A stretch of DNA of 64,000 nucleotides, taken from the IMG/VR virus record IMGVR_UViG_3300020045_006153, positions 275,550 to 339,549 of that record, one strand, 5' to 3'. The stretch is from a virus. Taxonomy: Duplodnaviria > Heunggongvirae > Uroviricota > Caudoviricetes. A model generated the notes under the pieces. That model searched no databases. It was not told the DNA's origin and saw nothing but the letters and a program-made list of their open reading frames with translations. Every line of letters begins with the position of its first letter. The stretch's first letter is position 1. This document shows, piece after piece, positions 1-10,660 of the stretch. Made by a program: the position numbers and the translations under genes.

Positions 1-1
1 A

Positions 2-710
2 ACTGGTTTTGTAGGAAGTACTGGTTTCAATGGATCACAGGGCACAACTGGCTTTGTAGGTTCACAAGGAAATATTGGCTTTGTAGGTAGTACTGGCTTT
101 ATTGGTTCACAAGGCACAACTGGTTTTGTAGGAAGTATTGGCTTTGCAGGTTCACAAGGAAATATCGGTTTTGTTGGATCACAAGGAAATATTGGCTTTG
201 TAGGAAGTACTGGATTTATTGGTAGTACTGGCACAACTGGTTTTGTAGGTTCTAGAGGTTTTAATGGTAGTACTGGTACAACTGGTTTTGTTGGATCACA
301 GGGAAATATTGGCTTTGTAGGTAGTACTGGCTTTATTGGTTCACAAGGCACAACTGGTTTTGTAGGAAGTATTGGCTTTGCAGGTTCACAAGGAAATATC
401 GGTTTTGTTGGCTCACAAGGCACAACTGGTTTTGTAGGAAGTATTGGCTTTGTTGGATCACAGGGAAATATTGGCTTTGTAGGTTCACAAGGAACAACTG
501 GTTTTGTAGGAAGTATTGGCTTTGTTGGATCACAGGGAAATATTGGCTTTGTAGGTTCACAAGGAACAACTGGTTTTGTAGGAAGTATTGGCTTTATTGG
601 TAGTACCGGTACAACCGGATTCGTAGGTTCTAGAGGTTTTAATGGTAGTACCGGTACAACTGGTTTCAATGGCTCACAGGGAAATATTGGCTTTGTTGGT
701 TCACAAGGCC
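2..710 (+). repeat. Coding tandem repeat of 9/18/27-nt units (GFV-GSQ-GNI / GFV-GST / GTT)
   Basis: Near-identical units such as ggttcacaaggaaatattggctttgta and ggcacaactggttttgtaggaagtatt recur throughout. Confidence 0.9.
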
Positions 711-3085
711 CTACGGTATCAGCCTCACCTACTGCACTAGGCGCAGTATTTGGATATACTACTGGTAATGGAAATACTGCAATTGGGTGCAATGCGGGAA
801 ATATTACAATGTCTGGTGCTGATAACATTGCAATTGGTAAATGTACATTGCGTGTTAACACTGTTGGATACGGTAATGTTGCAGTCGGCGCATGCTCATT
901 ATCATGTAATACAACAGGTAATGGAAATACTGCTTTTGGTTCTTGTGCATTAGTGTGTAATTCTACGGGATATTGCAATACTGCAATTGGTATTAGTGCA
1001 TTATATGGTAACGTTGGTGGATACTATAATACTGCTATTGGTTCTAGTTCATTAGAAAATCATGAGTGTGGATTCAATAACGTTGCAGTCGGCTCGTTCT
1101 CATTAAGGTTAAATTCTTCTGGATGTAATAATACTGCTATTGGCTATAGTTCATTATGTTCAAATAGAACCGGATGTGGAAATATTGCAATTGGATCCTG
1201 CTCATTAACAGCAAATTCTTCGGGCATTAATAATACTGTCATTGGTTATCAAGCATTGGTTCTTAATATTACGGGAAATAATAATACTGCTATTGGTTAT
1301 CAAGCAGGATGCTCTGCCAACAACACAACTTTATCTGTATTTCTTGGCGGCTGGCGCGGAACAAGTTTACCTACATCGTGCATGGTTGTGTTATCAGATG
1401 GAACCGGTACAATTAAAATGTTGTTTACTGCCACCGGCGCATTAAGTATTGGCAATACTACTACTAATTTTGGATCAATTGGACAAGGGTTAGTAAGTCA
1501 AGGACCTAACACAGCACCTATTTGGTCTAACAATCCTGGCTTTACTGGTTCAAGTGGTACAGGCTTTACTGGTTCAAGTGGTACAGGCTTTACTGGTTCT
1601 GGCGGTACAGGATTTACCGGTTCAATTGGCTTTACCGGTTCTACAGGGGCAGGGTTTACTGGAAGCAGTGGCGCCGGCGGATCCTCTGCTACTCCTTCCT
1701 CTTTAGGTAGTGTATTTGGATATACAACAGGTAACGGAAATACTGCAATTGGATGCAATGCGGGAAATATTACAATGTCTGGTGCTAATAATATTGCAAT
1801 CGGGTATGCGGCATTGTGCTCAAATACTACAGGTGCTTGCAATATTGCAATCGGGTACGGTTCATTAAGATGGAATCTTGTAGGTGCATGTAACTTTGCA
1901 TTCGGGTCAAAATCGTTACAAGAAAATCTTACAGGCGATGCTAATATTGCAATAGGATACGGTGCTTCACAATATTCACAAGGTGCAAATGCAAATTTTG
2001 CGCTGGGAGCACGAGCATTAAATAATAATTTAACAGGTGATAATAATATTGCTATCGGCAATTGTACATTAAATTCATTATATGGAGCGTATGGAAATGT
2101 TGCAATTGGCACTAATTCAATGTACGGTAATATTACAGGAGCATGTAATGTAGCAATTGGAATTAACAGTCTTAATAATGCACTAGGTAGCAATAATACT
2201 GCTATCGGATATTGTGCAGGTCGATTAATTACTACTGGTAATAATAATACAGTTATTGGCTCATTGCCCGGCGCACCAGGCTGTGTATGTACTGTATTAA
2301 TTGGAGCAGGTACATGTGAACGTATACGTGTTGATAATAGCGGATTGTATGTTAATAATGCGTTAGTTAGTGCACTTCCTGCTACTACTGCAACATTTGG
2401 AACAGTGGTAGGTTGTACAGAAATTAGTGTATCAGGTAGTACTTTATTAGGATTAAACGCCGGTGCAAATAATAGTAGTAATAGTGGTAATGTTGCAATT
2501 GGGGTTTTAGCATTGTGTAACAATACTGCAGGATTGTATAATGTTGCAGTAGGATCAATGGCATTACTAAACAATATTACAGGGAATCTTAACGTTGCAG
2601 TAGGACAATATGCATTAAAAGATAACTGTAGCGAATTTAATGTTGCAGTAGGAGCAGCATCCTTGAGCACAAATACTCTTGGTATTGGTAATGTTGCAGT
2701 AGGGTATCTTTCTCTTTATAGCAACGTAACAGGGTCATGCAATGTTGCAATTGGCCCCGTGGCGCTCGGCGCTAATATTACAGGAAATTCTAATATTGCG
2801 ATTGGAGATTCTTCATTATACGGAAGTTTAGCAACTAGCAATATAGGAATAGGGAGCCAGTCCGGCTGTGATATCACTACTGGTAATAATAATACAGTTA
2901 TTGGCTCATTGCCCGGCGCACCAGGCTGTGTATGTACTGTATTAATTGGAGCAGGTACATGTGAACGTATACGTGTTGATAATAGCGGATTATATGTTAA
3001 TAATGCGTTAGTATCCGGGGGATCAGGCGGTGGCACAAGTTTAGGATTATCTATAGTTGCATCCGCAGGCTGGTTATTACCGTAA
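2..3085 (+). CDS. Tail fibre/adhesin-like virion protein (5'-truncated by window): collagen-like Gly-X-Y region followed by N-x-A-I-G beta-helix repeats
   Basis: Frame 2 is open from the window start (GFVGSTGFNGSQGTTGFVGSQGNI...) and is in frame with ORF 809..3085. Repeated GxxNxAIG units; 31 Cys in the 809-3085 part. Confidence 0.8.
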   Translation, partial: TGFVGSTGFNGSQGTTGFVGSQGNIGFVGSTGFIGSQGTTGFVGSIGFAGSQGNIGFVGSQGNIGFVGSTGFIGSTGTTGFVGSRGFNGSTGTTGFVGSQGNIGFVGSTGFIGSQGTTGFVGSIGFAGSQGNIGFVGSQGTTGFVGSIGFVGSQGNIGFVGSQGTTGFVGSIGFVGSQGNIGFVGSQGTTGFVGSIGFIGSTGTTGFVGSRGFNGSTGTTGFNGSQGNIGFVGSQGPTVSASPTALGAVFGYTTGNGNTAIGCNAGNITMSGADNIAIGKCTLRVNTVGYGNVAVGACSLSCNTTGNGNTAFGSCALVCNSTGYCNTAIGISALYGNVGGYYNTAIGSSSLENHECGFNNVAVGSFSLRLNSSGCNNTAIGYSSLCSNRTGCGNIAIGSCSLTANSSGINNTVIGYQALVLNITGNNNTAIGYQAGCSANNTTLSVFLGGWRGTSLPTSCMVVLSDGTGTIKMLFTATGALSIGNTTTNFGSIGQGLVSQGPNTAPIWSNNPGFTGSSGTGFTGSSGTGFTGSGGTGFTGSIGFTGSTGAGFTGSSGAGGSSATPSSLGSVFGYTTGNGNTAIGCNAGNITMSGANNIAIGYAALCSNTTGACNIAIGYGSLRWNLVGACNFAFGSKSLQENLTGDANIAIGYGASQYSQGANANFALGARALNNNLTGDNNIAIGNCTLNSLYGAYGNVAIGTNSMYGNITGACNVAIGINSLNNALGSNNTAIGYCAGRLITTGNNNTVIGSLPGAPGCVCTVLIGAGTCERIRVDNSGLYVNNALVSALPATTATFGTVVGCTEISVSGSTLLGLNAGANNSSNSGNVAIGVLALCNNTAGLYNVAVGSMALLNNITGNLNVAVGQYALKDNCSEFNVAVGAASLSTNTLGIGNVAVGYLSLYSNVTGSCNVAIGPVALGANITGNSNIAIGDSSLYGSLATSNIGIGSQSGCDITTGNNNTVIGSLPGAPGCVCTVLIGAGTCERIRVDNSGLYVNNALVSGGSGGGTSLGLSIVASAGWLLP
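2230..3012 (+). repeat. Internal ~140-bp direct duplication in the fibre gene (about 2230-2368 and 2875-3012)
   Basis: ITTGNNNTVIGSLPGAPGCVCTVLIGAGTCERIRVDNSGLYVNNALVS occurs twice, nearly identical at the DNA level. Confidence 0.9.
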
Positions 3086-3112
3086 ATAAATATTTAATAA
3101 AGGAAATTCAAA

Positions 3113-3856
3113 ATGGCAGGAAATTCAAGTCCTATTTTTTCAAGAGTAGGTGATATACAAGGCGGCGTTTTACTTGTTGCAGCAGCAACATTAGACTATA
3201 GTGGACAAAGTGTAAATAATAATGTGTTATTTACGGCTGATGCAACTAACGGGGGATTTGTACAAAAAATTAGATTTAAATCTACGGGTACAAATGTAGC
3301 AACAGTTGCCCGTATATACCATAATAATGGAAATCAACGGATTGCAACTGCGATTGCTGCACCAGCGGGCACACCTACTGGAACTCCGTCTACTACCGGC
3401 GGAACATTGTATGCTGGAAACTTTTTTGCAAAAATAGTAGCAGTTGATCAATATGGCGGATTTACTGTGCCATCTACTGAATCTGCATCTGTAGCAATAA
3501 CCGGTCAAACTGGATCTATTACATGGGCATGGACTGCATCAACCGGCGCTGTGAGTTATAGAGTATATACTGGACCTGTTACTGGCGGTCAAGTTACATA
3601 TTTTACAACTACGTCTAATTCATTAGTTCAAACAACTACAATTGGCACACGAGATTCTATCAGCAATATTCAAAATAACAATACATTAATCGGTGAAGTT
3701 TCACTACCTGCAACTACTGCAATTGCAACCGCAGCAACGGTTGATATTGACTATACGTTAAATATTGCATTGCCACCTTCTAACAGACTATTAATTGGTA
3801 TAGGAACTGCGGTAGCAGCAGGTTGGTTTGCAACAGCAATCGGTGGAGCATATTAA
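3113..3856 (+). CDS. Putative virion/tail accessory protein (Thr/Ala/Gly-rich, FN3/Ig-like insert)
   Basis: SD aagga upstream; ITWAWTASTGAVSYRVY resembles an FN3 strand pattern; follows the fibre gene. Confidence 0.55.
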   Translation: MAGNSSPIFSRVGDIQGGVLLVAAATLDYSGQSVNNNVLFTADATNGGFVQKIRFKSTGTNVATVARIYHNNGNQRIATAIAAPAGTPTGTPSTTGGTLYAGNFFAKIVAVDQYGGFTVPSTESASVAITGQTGSITWAWTASTGAVSYRVYTGPVTGGQVTYFTTTSNSLVQTTTIGTRDSISNIQNNNTLIGEVSLPATTAIATAATVDIDYTLNIALPPSNRLLIGIGTAVAAGWFATAIGGAY

Positions 3857-4815
3857 TGTTAGATTTTAGCCATGTCCCAAACAATCCTAATGTAGATATT
3901 CAAGTATTTCAAGGAGGGGCTTCTGTTAATTTTACACAATGGAAGCAATGGACCAAGCCTCGCGGTGTAAACATGGTTTACATGCTAGGTGTAGGTGGCG
4001 GTAGTTCTGGAGGAGTTGGGTTAAATTCAGCAACTACTTCTGGTGGCGGCGCAGGTGGCGGATCAGGTGCACAATCTTCATTGCTTATTCCGGCAATGTT
4101 TTTACCTGATCGATTATATATACAAACCGGCCAAGGTGGTAAGCAACCAACAACGTTAGTGTCTGCTGCATTAGGAGTAGCCGGGGTAGCCACATATGTT
4201 TCAATTGAACCTGGATTAGCATCAGTACCTGCAACATATGTGTTAGTAGCAGCGGGCGGCACAGTCACTGGTGCAGCAGCAACTGCTACTACAGGTGGCG
4301 CTGCAGGCGGCGCAGCGGCAGCACCTACATTAGCCGGTCAACCATTATCTGGTCGAGGACAATATAGTTTTATAGCAGGACAGGTCGGCGCAGCAGGTGG
4401 CACAAGTACTGCTGGCGGTGGCTCTATTACTCCACCTACTACTGGATTAATGGTAACGGCCGGCGCCGGCGGCGCAGGAACAGGTGGCGCAACTCCATTT
4501 ACTGGAGGCGGATTTTTACAACCTACTAGTAGTCTAGGGACCTATTTCCCTCCAATTATAGGTGGCGCAGCAGCGTCTGGTGCTGTTCCTGCAGGTAACG
4601 GCAGCGGAGGATTAATTGTACCAAATTATATTATGCATTACGGCGGTGCAGGAGGCGGATCTGCAAATGCCACAGCAGGCGGAAATGCTGGTTGGGGCGG
4701 AAATGGCGCGCCGGGCGCAGGTGGTGGAGGTGGCGGCGGCGCAAACACCACCAATGTAACATTAGGTAGACCTGGAAACGGTGGCGACGGATTTCTAATT
4801 ATATATTGCTGGTAA
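3856..4815 (+). CDS. Glycine-rich virion protein
   Basis: ATG overlaps the previous stop (TAATG); WTKPRGV...GGGGSG...GGDG signature typical of phage Gly-rich tail proteins. Confidence 0.65.
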   Translation: MLDFSHVPNNPNVDIQVFQGGASVNFTQWKQWTKPRGVNMVYMLGVGGGSSGGVGLNSATTSGGGAGGGSGAQSSLLIPAMFLPDRLYIQTGQGGKQPTTLVSAALGVAGVATYVSIEPGLASVPATYVLVAAGGTVTGAAATATTGGAAGGAAAAPTLAGQPLSGRGQYSFIAGQVGAAGGTSTAGGGSITPPTTGLMVTAGAGGAGTGGATPFTGGGFLQPTSSLGTYFPPIIGGAAASGAVPAGNGSGGLIVPNYIMHYGGAGGGSANATAGGNAGWGGNGAPGAGGGGGGGANTTNVTLGRPGNGGDGFLIIYCW

Positions 4816-4877
4816 TAAAATATTTCCTAATATAAAACTTACACTAAATTATAGTGTAAACTAATCCTAAAGGAAAT

Positions 4878-5813
4878 ATGAAAACAATAATTTATATAGA
4901 TGGCGGCGCTGGCCGAGTTATTGCTGCTATCCCAGCATTATTAAAATATGCAAAATTAAATCCAATTGCTGACTGGAGTATTATTATTCCAGCATGGGAT
5001 AATCTTCTTTGGAGTATTCCAGAGTTGCAAGATCGGACATATGGTGCAGATACTAAAGGTATTTGGGATAATTTAATATCAAAGGCCGACTTGCTATTAT
5101 CTCCGGAACCATATCGCTTGCCTGCATATTATAAACAAGAAATTAGTTTAGTCGAAGCATTTGATAGAGAAATTAATAAAACAACTGATCATTCTGATCT
5201 CGGCACCCCTGTTATGAAATTTAACAAAGCCGAAGAAAAATGGGCAGTTAACACTATTGCTGATGTTAAAACACAACAACAAAAAGCAAAGACTATTGTT
5301 ATTCAACCATTCGGTAGGGGAGCAACATTAGACAGAGCAGATATTGTTGATACAGCAAGTCGTTCACTTAGTGCTGATGCATACATTAACTTAGTAAAGA
5401 AGTTATCCGTAAAATATAATATGATATTTTTTGGCGAGCCACAATTTCAAATTGTAACTGATAGTTATACTGTTAAATTGCCTCCTCAGACTGATCTAAG
5501 AATGTGGGCTGCACTTATTGATGCTGCTGATTATTTTGTAGGAGTCGACTCTGTTGGCCAGCATATGGCCCGTGCAACTAACACTCCTGGTACTGTGATA
5601 TTTGGAAGCACTTTTCCAATTAACACAAGTTTTCCGAACTTTTTTCAAATCCTTGAAAAAGCAGGAAATAAAAAATATAGCCCTATCCGTATTACTGGAT
5701 TAGATTCTGTTCTTGCAGATCGTGCCAATGACACTATGATGGATTTTAACAATGCAGAACTTGATCACATATACAATCAAATTGTGCAAGATATTGAACG
5801 TAAGGTAAGATAA
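4878..5813 (+). CDS. GT9-like (heptosyltransferase-fold) glycosyltransferase
   Basis: N-terminal GGAGRVI and C-terminal LIDAADYFVGVDSVGQHMARA motifs. Confidence 0.65.
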   Translation: MKTIIYIDGGAGRVIAAIPALLKYAKLNPIADWSIIIPAWDNLLWSIPELQDRTYGADTKGIWDNLISKADLLLSPEPYRLPAYYKQEISLVEAFDREINKTTDHSDLGTPVMKFNKAEEKWAVNTIADVKTQQQKAKTIVIQPFGRGATLDRADIVDTASRSLSADAYINLVKKLSVKYNMIFFGEPQFQIVTDSYTVKLPPQTDLRMWAALIDAADYFVGVDSVGQHMARATNTPGTVIFGSTFPINTSFPNFFQILEKAGNKKYSPIRITGLDSVLADRANDTMMDFNNAELDHIYNQIVQDIERKVR

Positions 5814-7525
5814 TGTCGTATTCTGTAATGGGGATAAATCCGGGGCATAATGGCTCCGCAGCACTGGTTATTGACGGAAAAACAGTCTATTATTGCGAAG
5901 AAGAGCGCATAAGTAGGCAGAAATACGACGGCAATCCATTTCGTGCTATGTTGCACATATTAGAAAATTATAAAGTAGACGAAATTATTATAGGTGGCAC
6001 AAGTCCGCATCTTCCTATCCTTCCGTGGACACAAGAAGATCCGTATACTGCGCTTGCACGTAAATTTAATCCAAAAATTAAATCTACAAATATGGGAGAT
6101 CAACATCATATAGGTCATGCTGCTAGTGCATTTTATAATTCTGGATTTAAAAAAGCAACGGCAATTATAGTTGACGGTGCAGGCTCTATTCATTCTGCTA
6201 AGGTAAATGATCAAGGAAATACTGTAGACGGTTATGAAACTGAAAGTGTATATGAATGCAGTTATCCTGCGGTATTTACGGCTTTATATAAACGATATGC
6301 AAATAATAATATTCGTTATTTTAGAAACAGTGTGCAAGAATTTGATAATAGCGTAACACTTACTAAATCGTTTGAAGCAGTTAGTCAACATCTTGGATTT
6401 GGATTTATTGAAGCAGGCAAAACAATGGGCCTTGCTCCTTACGGGAAACCTGATATTAATATTCCTAGTATTTTTTCTGAAGGGAAAGGCAATAAAAATT
6501 TATTAATTCCTCATTATCCAGCAGGTGCACTAATCGATACTTCTCGTTACCCGCAATTGCATCAATCTCGAGATCCTAAAGAATGGCATAAAGATTTTAC
6601 TAAGATTACTGAGATTGAAAAAAATCTAGCATGGAAAGTGCAACAAGAAACTCAACAATTACTTGGTAATTTAATTCAAAGTGTCATTGATATAACTGGC
6701 GAAACTAATTTTGTAATCGCTGGAGGATATGGTTTAAATTGTGTTGCTAATTATTACTTAAAAAGCAGATTTCCTAACATTAATTTATTTGTTGATCCAG
6801 TTGCACATGATGGCGGCACGGCATTAGGTCTTGCAAAACTAGCGTGGTTTAATTATAGCAAATCTGAAATACCTGAACCTCTAGATACGCTATACCTCGG
6901 CACTGAAGATGATTTAACAAAATTAGATAATATAGACCAACTTGCTCAATTAGGTTTATCTACTATTTCGACAACACCTATTGAAATTGCTAAACTAATT
7001 GCTGCCGGGCATATTGTTACAATTTTTCAAGGTAAAGCAGAAGCAGGTCCTCGGGCACTAGGTAATCGCAGTATATTATTTGATCCACGTGTTAAAGATG
7101 GCAAAGCGTATGTTAATCAAGTAAAAGGGCGCGAATGGTTTAGGCCTTTTGCAGGCTCAGTCCTAGAAGATCAAGCAAGTACTTGGTTTGATTTAAAAGG
7201 AATGAAACAATCGCCGTTTATGATGTATGCAGTAGATTTGCAATCGTCGAAGTTGGGAGAACTTCCGGCTATTACTCACGTAGATGGAACATGCCGTGTA
7301 CAAACTGTTGCCCTTACTGATAATTTTCATTATTATACTTTAATAAATGAGTTTTATAAACTAACTGGTGTTCCTGTATTGTTTAATACTAGTTTTAACT
7401 TAGCAGGAGAACCGTTAGTTGATACAATCGAAGATGCAATTAATACTATTCTTAATTGTGATATTAATTATTTGTATTTTCCTGAAATTGGAAAATTAAT
7501 TAGTAAGACTAATCGCAAAATCTAA
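5813..7525 (+). CDS. Carbamoyltransferase (NodU/CmcH/TobZ family)
   Basis: GHNGSAAL, EEERISR, HHIGHAASAFY, VDGAG, GKTMGLAPYG, EAGPRALGNRS, KGREWFRPFA, HVDGTCRVQTV, NTSFNLAGEP. Confidence 0.93.
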   Translation: MSYSVMGINPGHNGSAALVIDGKTVYYCEEERISRQKYDGNPFRAMLHILENYKVDEIIIGGTSPHLPILPWTQEDPYTALARKFNPKIKSTNMGDQHHIGHAASAFYNSGFKKATAIIVDGAGSIHSAKVNDQGNTVDGYETESVYECSYPAVFTALYKRYANNNIRYFRNSVQEFDNSVTLTKSFEAVSQHLGFGFIEAGKTMGLAPYGKPDINIPSIFSEGKGNKNLLIPHYPAGALIDTSRYPQLHQSRDPKEWHKDFTKITEIEKNLAWKVQQETQQLLGNLIQSVIDITGETNFVIAGGYGLNCVANYYLKSRFPNINLFVDPVAHDGGTALGLAKLAWFNYSKSEIPEPLDTLYLGTEDDLTKLDNIDQLAQLGLSTISTTPIEIAKLIAAGHIVTIFQGKAEAGPRALGNRSILFDPRVKDGKAYVNQVKGREWFRPFAGSVLEDQASTWFDLKGMKQSPFMMYAVDLQSSKLGELPAITHVDGTCRVQTVALTDNFHYYTLINEFYKLTGVPVLFNTSFNLAGEPLVDTIEDAINTILNCDINYLYFPEIGKLISKTNRKI

Positions 7526-8146
7526 TAGTGTTTCGAACGTTTTAACTTTAGGACGCAACATCATATAAACAGGGGACTTTAGTTTTTCTAAAGTCCTTTT
7601 TCCGTTTCCAGAGAGAATTAATACAGGAGTTGCACCCGCGCGATCTGCCATTAGCAAGTCTTCAATTGAATCACCTACATATACTCCATCTTTAAATTTT
7701 ACTCCTTGAATAGTTGCTTCTGCGTGTTGAAATAATCCTAATTTAGGTTTTGCGTAAATATCTTCTTTTTTATTTGAAGTACTATAATAAATTCCATCAA
7801 TAGAAGTGCACCCTGCTTGACCTAATAAATTAAGCATATGTTGATTTATTGTTTCTACTTCTTGAATAGTAATTTTCTTTTGAGAAATTAATGGCTGATC
7901 AAATAGTACGCACACTTTATGCCCTAATGATCGTATAATTGCAACCGCTCTCATTGCATTTACAATCGGAATAAATTTTTCAGGAGAATTAATAACTCCA
8001 TTTTCTTCATTTAATATGCCGTCTCGATCGAGCCCTATTGTATATTTTTCGAATGTTAATGGAAAAGTTAATTGGCTAGTTAGTAATTGTAGAGGCTGGA
8101 TGTTCTCTGGTGTTACCATATTTTTTTCAACGCTAAATCTTGACAT
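7496..8146 (-). CDS. gmhB: HAD phosphatase, GmhB/HisB-N family (heptose-1,7-bisphosphate phosphatase-like)
   Basis: LDRDGILN, KPKLGLF and VGDSIEDL motifs. Confidence 0.8.
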   Translation of the reverse strand: MSRFSVEKNMVTPENIQPLQLLTSQLTFPLTFEKYTIGLDRDGILNEENGVINSPEKFIPIVNAMRAVAIIRSLGHKVCVLFDQPLISQKKITIQEVETINQHMLNLLGQAGCTSIDGIYYSTSNKKEDIYAKPKLGLFQHAEATIQGVKFKDGVYVGDSIEDLLMADRAGATPVLILSGNGKRTLEKLKSPVYMMLRPKVKTFETLLDFAISLTN

Positions 8147-8196
8147 AGATACCTTTGTGTGATAATTATATGCATATTTAATAAGAACATACTCCT

Positions 8197-9024
8197 ATGA
8201 AAAAAATGCATTTTATTTCTGGTTTACCGAGATCGGGCTCGACGTTGTTGTCTGCAATTTTGAAACAAAATCCAAAATTTACAGCAGGCATTAGTGATCC
8301 ACTACTTGATTTTACAAAAGGGTATATCACTGCTATTGCTGGTTCAGTAGGAATGGCTTCGCAGGTGCCTCGTGAAAAACAAAAAGATCTTATATTAGAT
8401 TGCTTTCATTCATTTTATAAGAATAATAACGACATATGTTTTAATACAAATCGAGGATGGGCATCTCATACACCGTTAGTTAAACAATTATTCCCACAGG
8501 CAAAAATGATATTATGCATAAGAGAAATTCCTTGGATACTTGATAGTTTTGAACAATTAAATGTTAAGAATCCGTTTACAATTAAGCCATTATATAATCA
8601 TCAAGATTTAGGTACAGTATATGATCGATCTAAAATGTTAATGGGCGACATGCCTAATTTCGGAGGATATGTTATGAGTCCGCTTGCAAATACTAAACAA
8701 GCAATGTATTCAAACGAGAAAGATATGTTATGTATAATTGAATATAACACATTAGTGAATCACCCAAAAGAAGTAATGCAGTCATTGTATAAATTTTTAG
8801 ATGAAGAATGGTTTGAGCATGATTTTGATAATGTAGAAGATAGTTATGATGAGTTTGATGACCAAGCAAAAATTGTAGGATTGCATACTGTAAAACGTAA
8901 GGTGCAATACTATCCTAGAAAACCAATATTACCTGAAGATTTATGGCAACATTATGCAAATCAATCGTTTTGGAAAAATAATTTTGAACATATGAAACGA
9001 CAATTATATTGGATCGGTCAATGA
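8197..9024 (+). CDS. PAPS-dependent sulfotransferase
   Basis: 5'-PSB loop SGLPRSGSTLL, IREIPWILDS and YNTLVNHPKEVM...YKFL. Confidence 0.85.
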   Translation: MKKMHFISGLPRSGSTLLSAILKQNPKFTAGISDPLLDFTKGYITAIAGSVGMASQVPREKQKDLILDCFHSFYKNNNDICFNTNRGWASHTPLVKQLFPQAKMILCIREIPWILDSFEQLNVKNPFTIKPLYNHQDLGTVYDRSKMLMGDMPNFGGYVMSPLANTKQAMYSNEKDMLCIIEYNTLVNHPKEVMQSLYKFLDEEWFEHDFDNVEDSYDEFDDQAKIVGLHTVKRKVQYYPRKPILPEDLWQHYANQSFWKNNFEHMKRQLYWIGQ

Positions 9025-9944
9025 GGCCGTTGGGCGGCAGCGAATTAGCAATGCATGAACTTATCACTCATGTTGACGTTAATTGGCAACCCAATATTAA
9101 TTTAATATTATCTACATGTCAACCGGAATTAATTGACCCTACTAAAATTAACGTAGTTTGGCAACAACTAAGTTATGACCAAGACAATGTTAAATTAATG
9201 GCAGATCAAACGTTTGTTGATCAAATTGATTATTTTGTATATGTATCTAATTGGAATCATGAAAAATTCAGGTATCATTATAATACTCCGGGCAATAAAT
9301 CATTAGTAATTAAAAATGCAACTCGTGGCTTTAATAAATTTACAAAACCGAATAATAAAAAATTAAAATTAATTTATACATCTACACCATGGCGTGGCCT
9401 TGAAATACTACTTCCCGCATTTGAATTACTGAATAGAGATGATGTAGAACTTGAAATTTATTCGTCTTCGATTATATATGGATCTGGGTTCCATCAATTA
9501 TACGGAGACAAGTATACTGAATTATTTGATTATGCTAAATCTTTAAAAAATGTAAAGTACATGGGGTATTCTTCAAATACTGGAGTAAGAAAAGCATTAG
9601 AGACTGCCCATATTTTTGCATATCCGTGCATTTTTGAAGAAACAAGTTGTATGTCAGCAATAGAAGCAGCAGCAGCCGGCTGTCAACTAGTTACTACTAA
9701 TTATGGTGCATTGTATGAAACATGTGCAGAGTGGGCAACATACGTTCCGTTTAATCCTAATCGTGTGCAATTAGTTAAAGACTATGCTAACATACTAAAT
9801 GATGTAATTGATAACTATTGGACATTAGAAAATCAAAATAAATTAGAATCACAGGTAGAATATTACAACAAATTTTATTCATGGAATGTTCGAGCAACAC
9901 AATGGGGAGATTTTTTTGACAGAATTATTAAAGAAAAAACGTAA
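9021..9944 (+). CDS. GT4-like (GT-B) glycosyltransferase
   Basis: GGSE N-terminus, YTSTPWRGL, YPCIFEETSCMSAIEAAAAG (E-x7-E). Confidence 0.85.
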   Translation: MRPLGGSELAMHELITHVDVNWQPNINLILSTCQPELIDPTKINVVWQQLSYDQDNVKLMADQTFVDQIDYFVYVSNWNHEKFRYHYNTPGNKSLVIKNATRGFNKFTKPNNKKLKLIYTSTPWRGLEILLPAFELLNRDDVELEIYSSSIIYGSGFHQLYGDKYTELFDYAKSLKNVKYMGYSSNTGVRKALETAHIFAYPCIFEETSCMSAIEAAAAGCQLVTTNYGALYETCAEWATYVPFNPNRVQLVKDYANILNDVIDNYWTLENQNKLESQVEYYNKFYSWNVRATQWGDFFDRIIKEKT

Positions 9945-10659
9945 AGTAATGATTGGATCACCGTCATATGACGGTAATATTAATGTTTGGTACGCAAACA
10001 GTTTAATGCAAACTATTAAATTAGCAGAAAGTCTTGATATAGAAATTATTCCGATTTGGATAAGTTTTGATGCATTAATACAACGTGCACGAAATGATAC
10101 TATTGCAATTGCAATTGAGCAAGATGTTGATGACTTAATATGGATAGATACTGATATAGAATGGAAACCAGAATGGTTTTTTAAATTATTAGATTATCCT
10201 GTCGATGTTGTCGGTGGTACTTATCCTAAAAAAGGAGATAACGAAATGTATGTCGTTAATTTAGGTAATTATAATGGACACCGAGATCCAATTACAGGCC
10301 TTATACAAGTAGCAGGATTAGGTACTGGATTTTTACGATTTAGTAAAAAAGCATGCAAGTGGTTATGGGAAAATAGCCCGCCTTATAATGAACCTGAAAA
10401 AGGCAATTCGCATAAACGATGGATTTTTGAGGTAGTTATTAAAAATGCAGACTTAATAAGTGAAGATATTTGGGTATGTAAACGGCTAACTGAAGAAGCT
10501 GGTATATCAGTTTATCTTGATCCGACTATTACATGTAATCATGTAGGTGGAAAGAAATATACAGGCGACTTTTTAACATGGGTTACTAATTCTAGAACTC
10601 CTAATATTTCACCAAGGATTGATTCAGGAATTAAATACTTGACTAACTATTTAAAATAA
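9886..10659 (+). CDS. GT-A fold glycosyltransferase (start may be TTG ~9916)
   Basis: RARN, WIDTDIEW (DxD), GTGFL, SEDIWVC, CNHVG. Confidence 0.75.
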   Translation: MFEQHNGEIFLTELLKKKRKVMIGSPSYDGNINVWYANSLMQTIKLAESLDIEIIPIWISFDALIQRARNDTIAIAIEQDVDDLIWIDTDIEWKPEWFFKLLDYPVDVVGGTYPKKGDNEMYVVNLGNYNGHRDPITGLIQVAGLGTGFLRFSKKACKWLWENSPPYNEPEKGNSHKRWIFEVVIKNADLISEDIWVCKRLTEEAGISVYLDPTITCNHVGGKKYTGDFLTWVTNSRTPNISPRIDSGIKYLTNYLK

Positions 10660-10660
10660 T

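Noticed and set aside
333-2670. Minus-strand ORFs 333..569 and 1498..2670 (and 2716..3036)
   Set aside because: Antisense to the repetitive fibre gene, with no independent expression signals.
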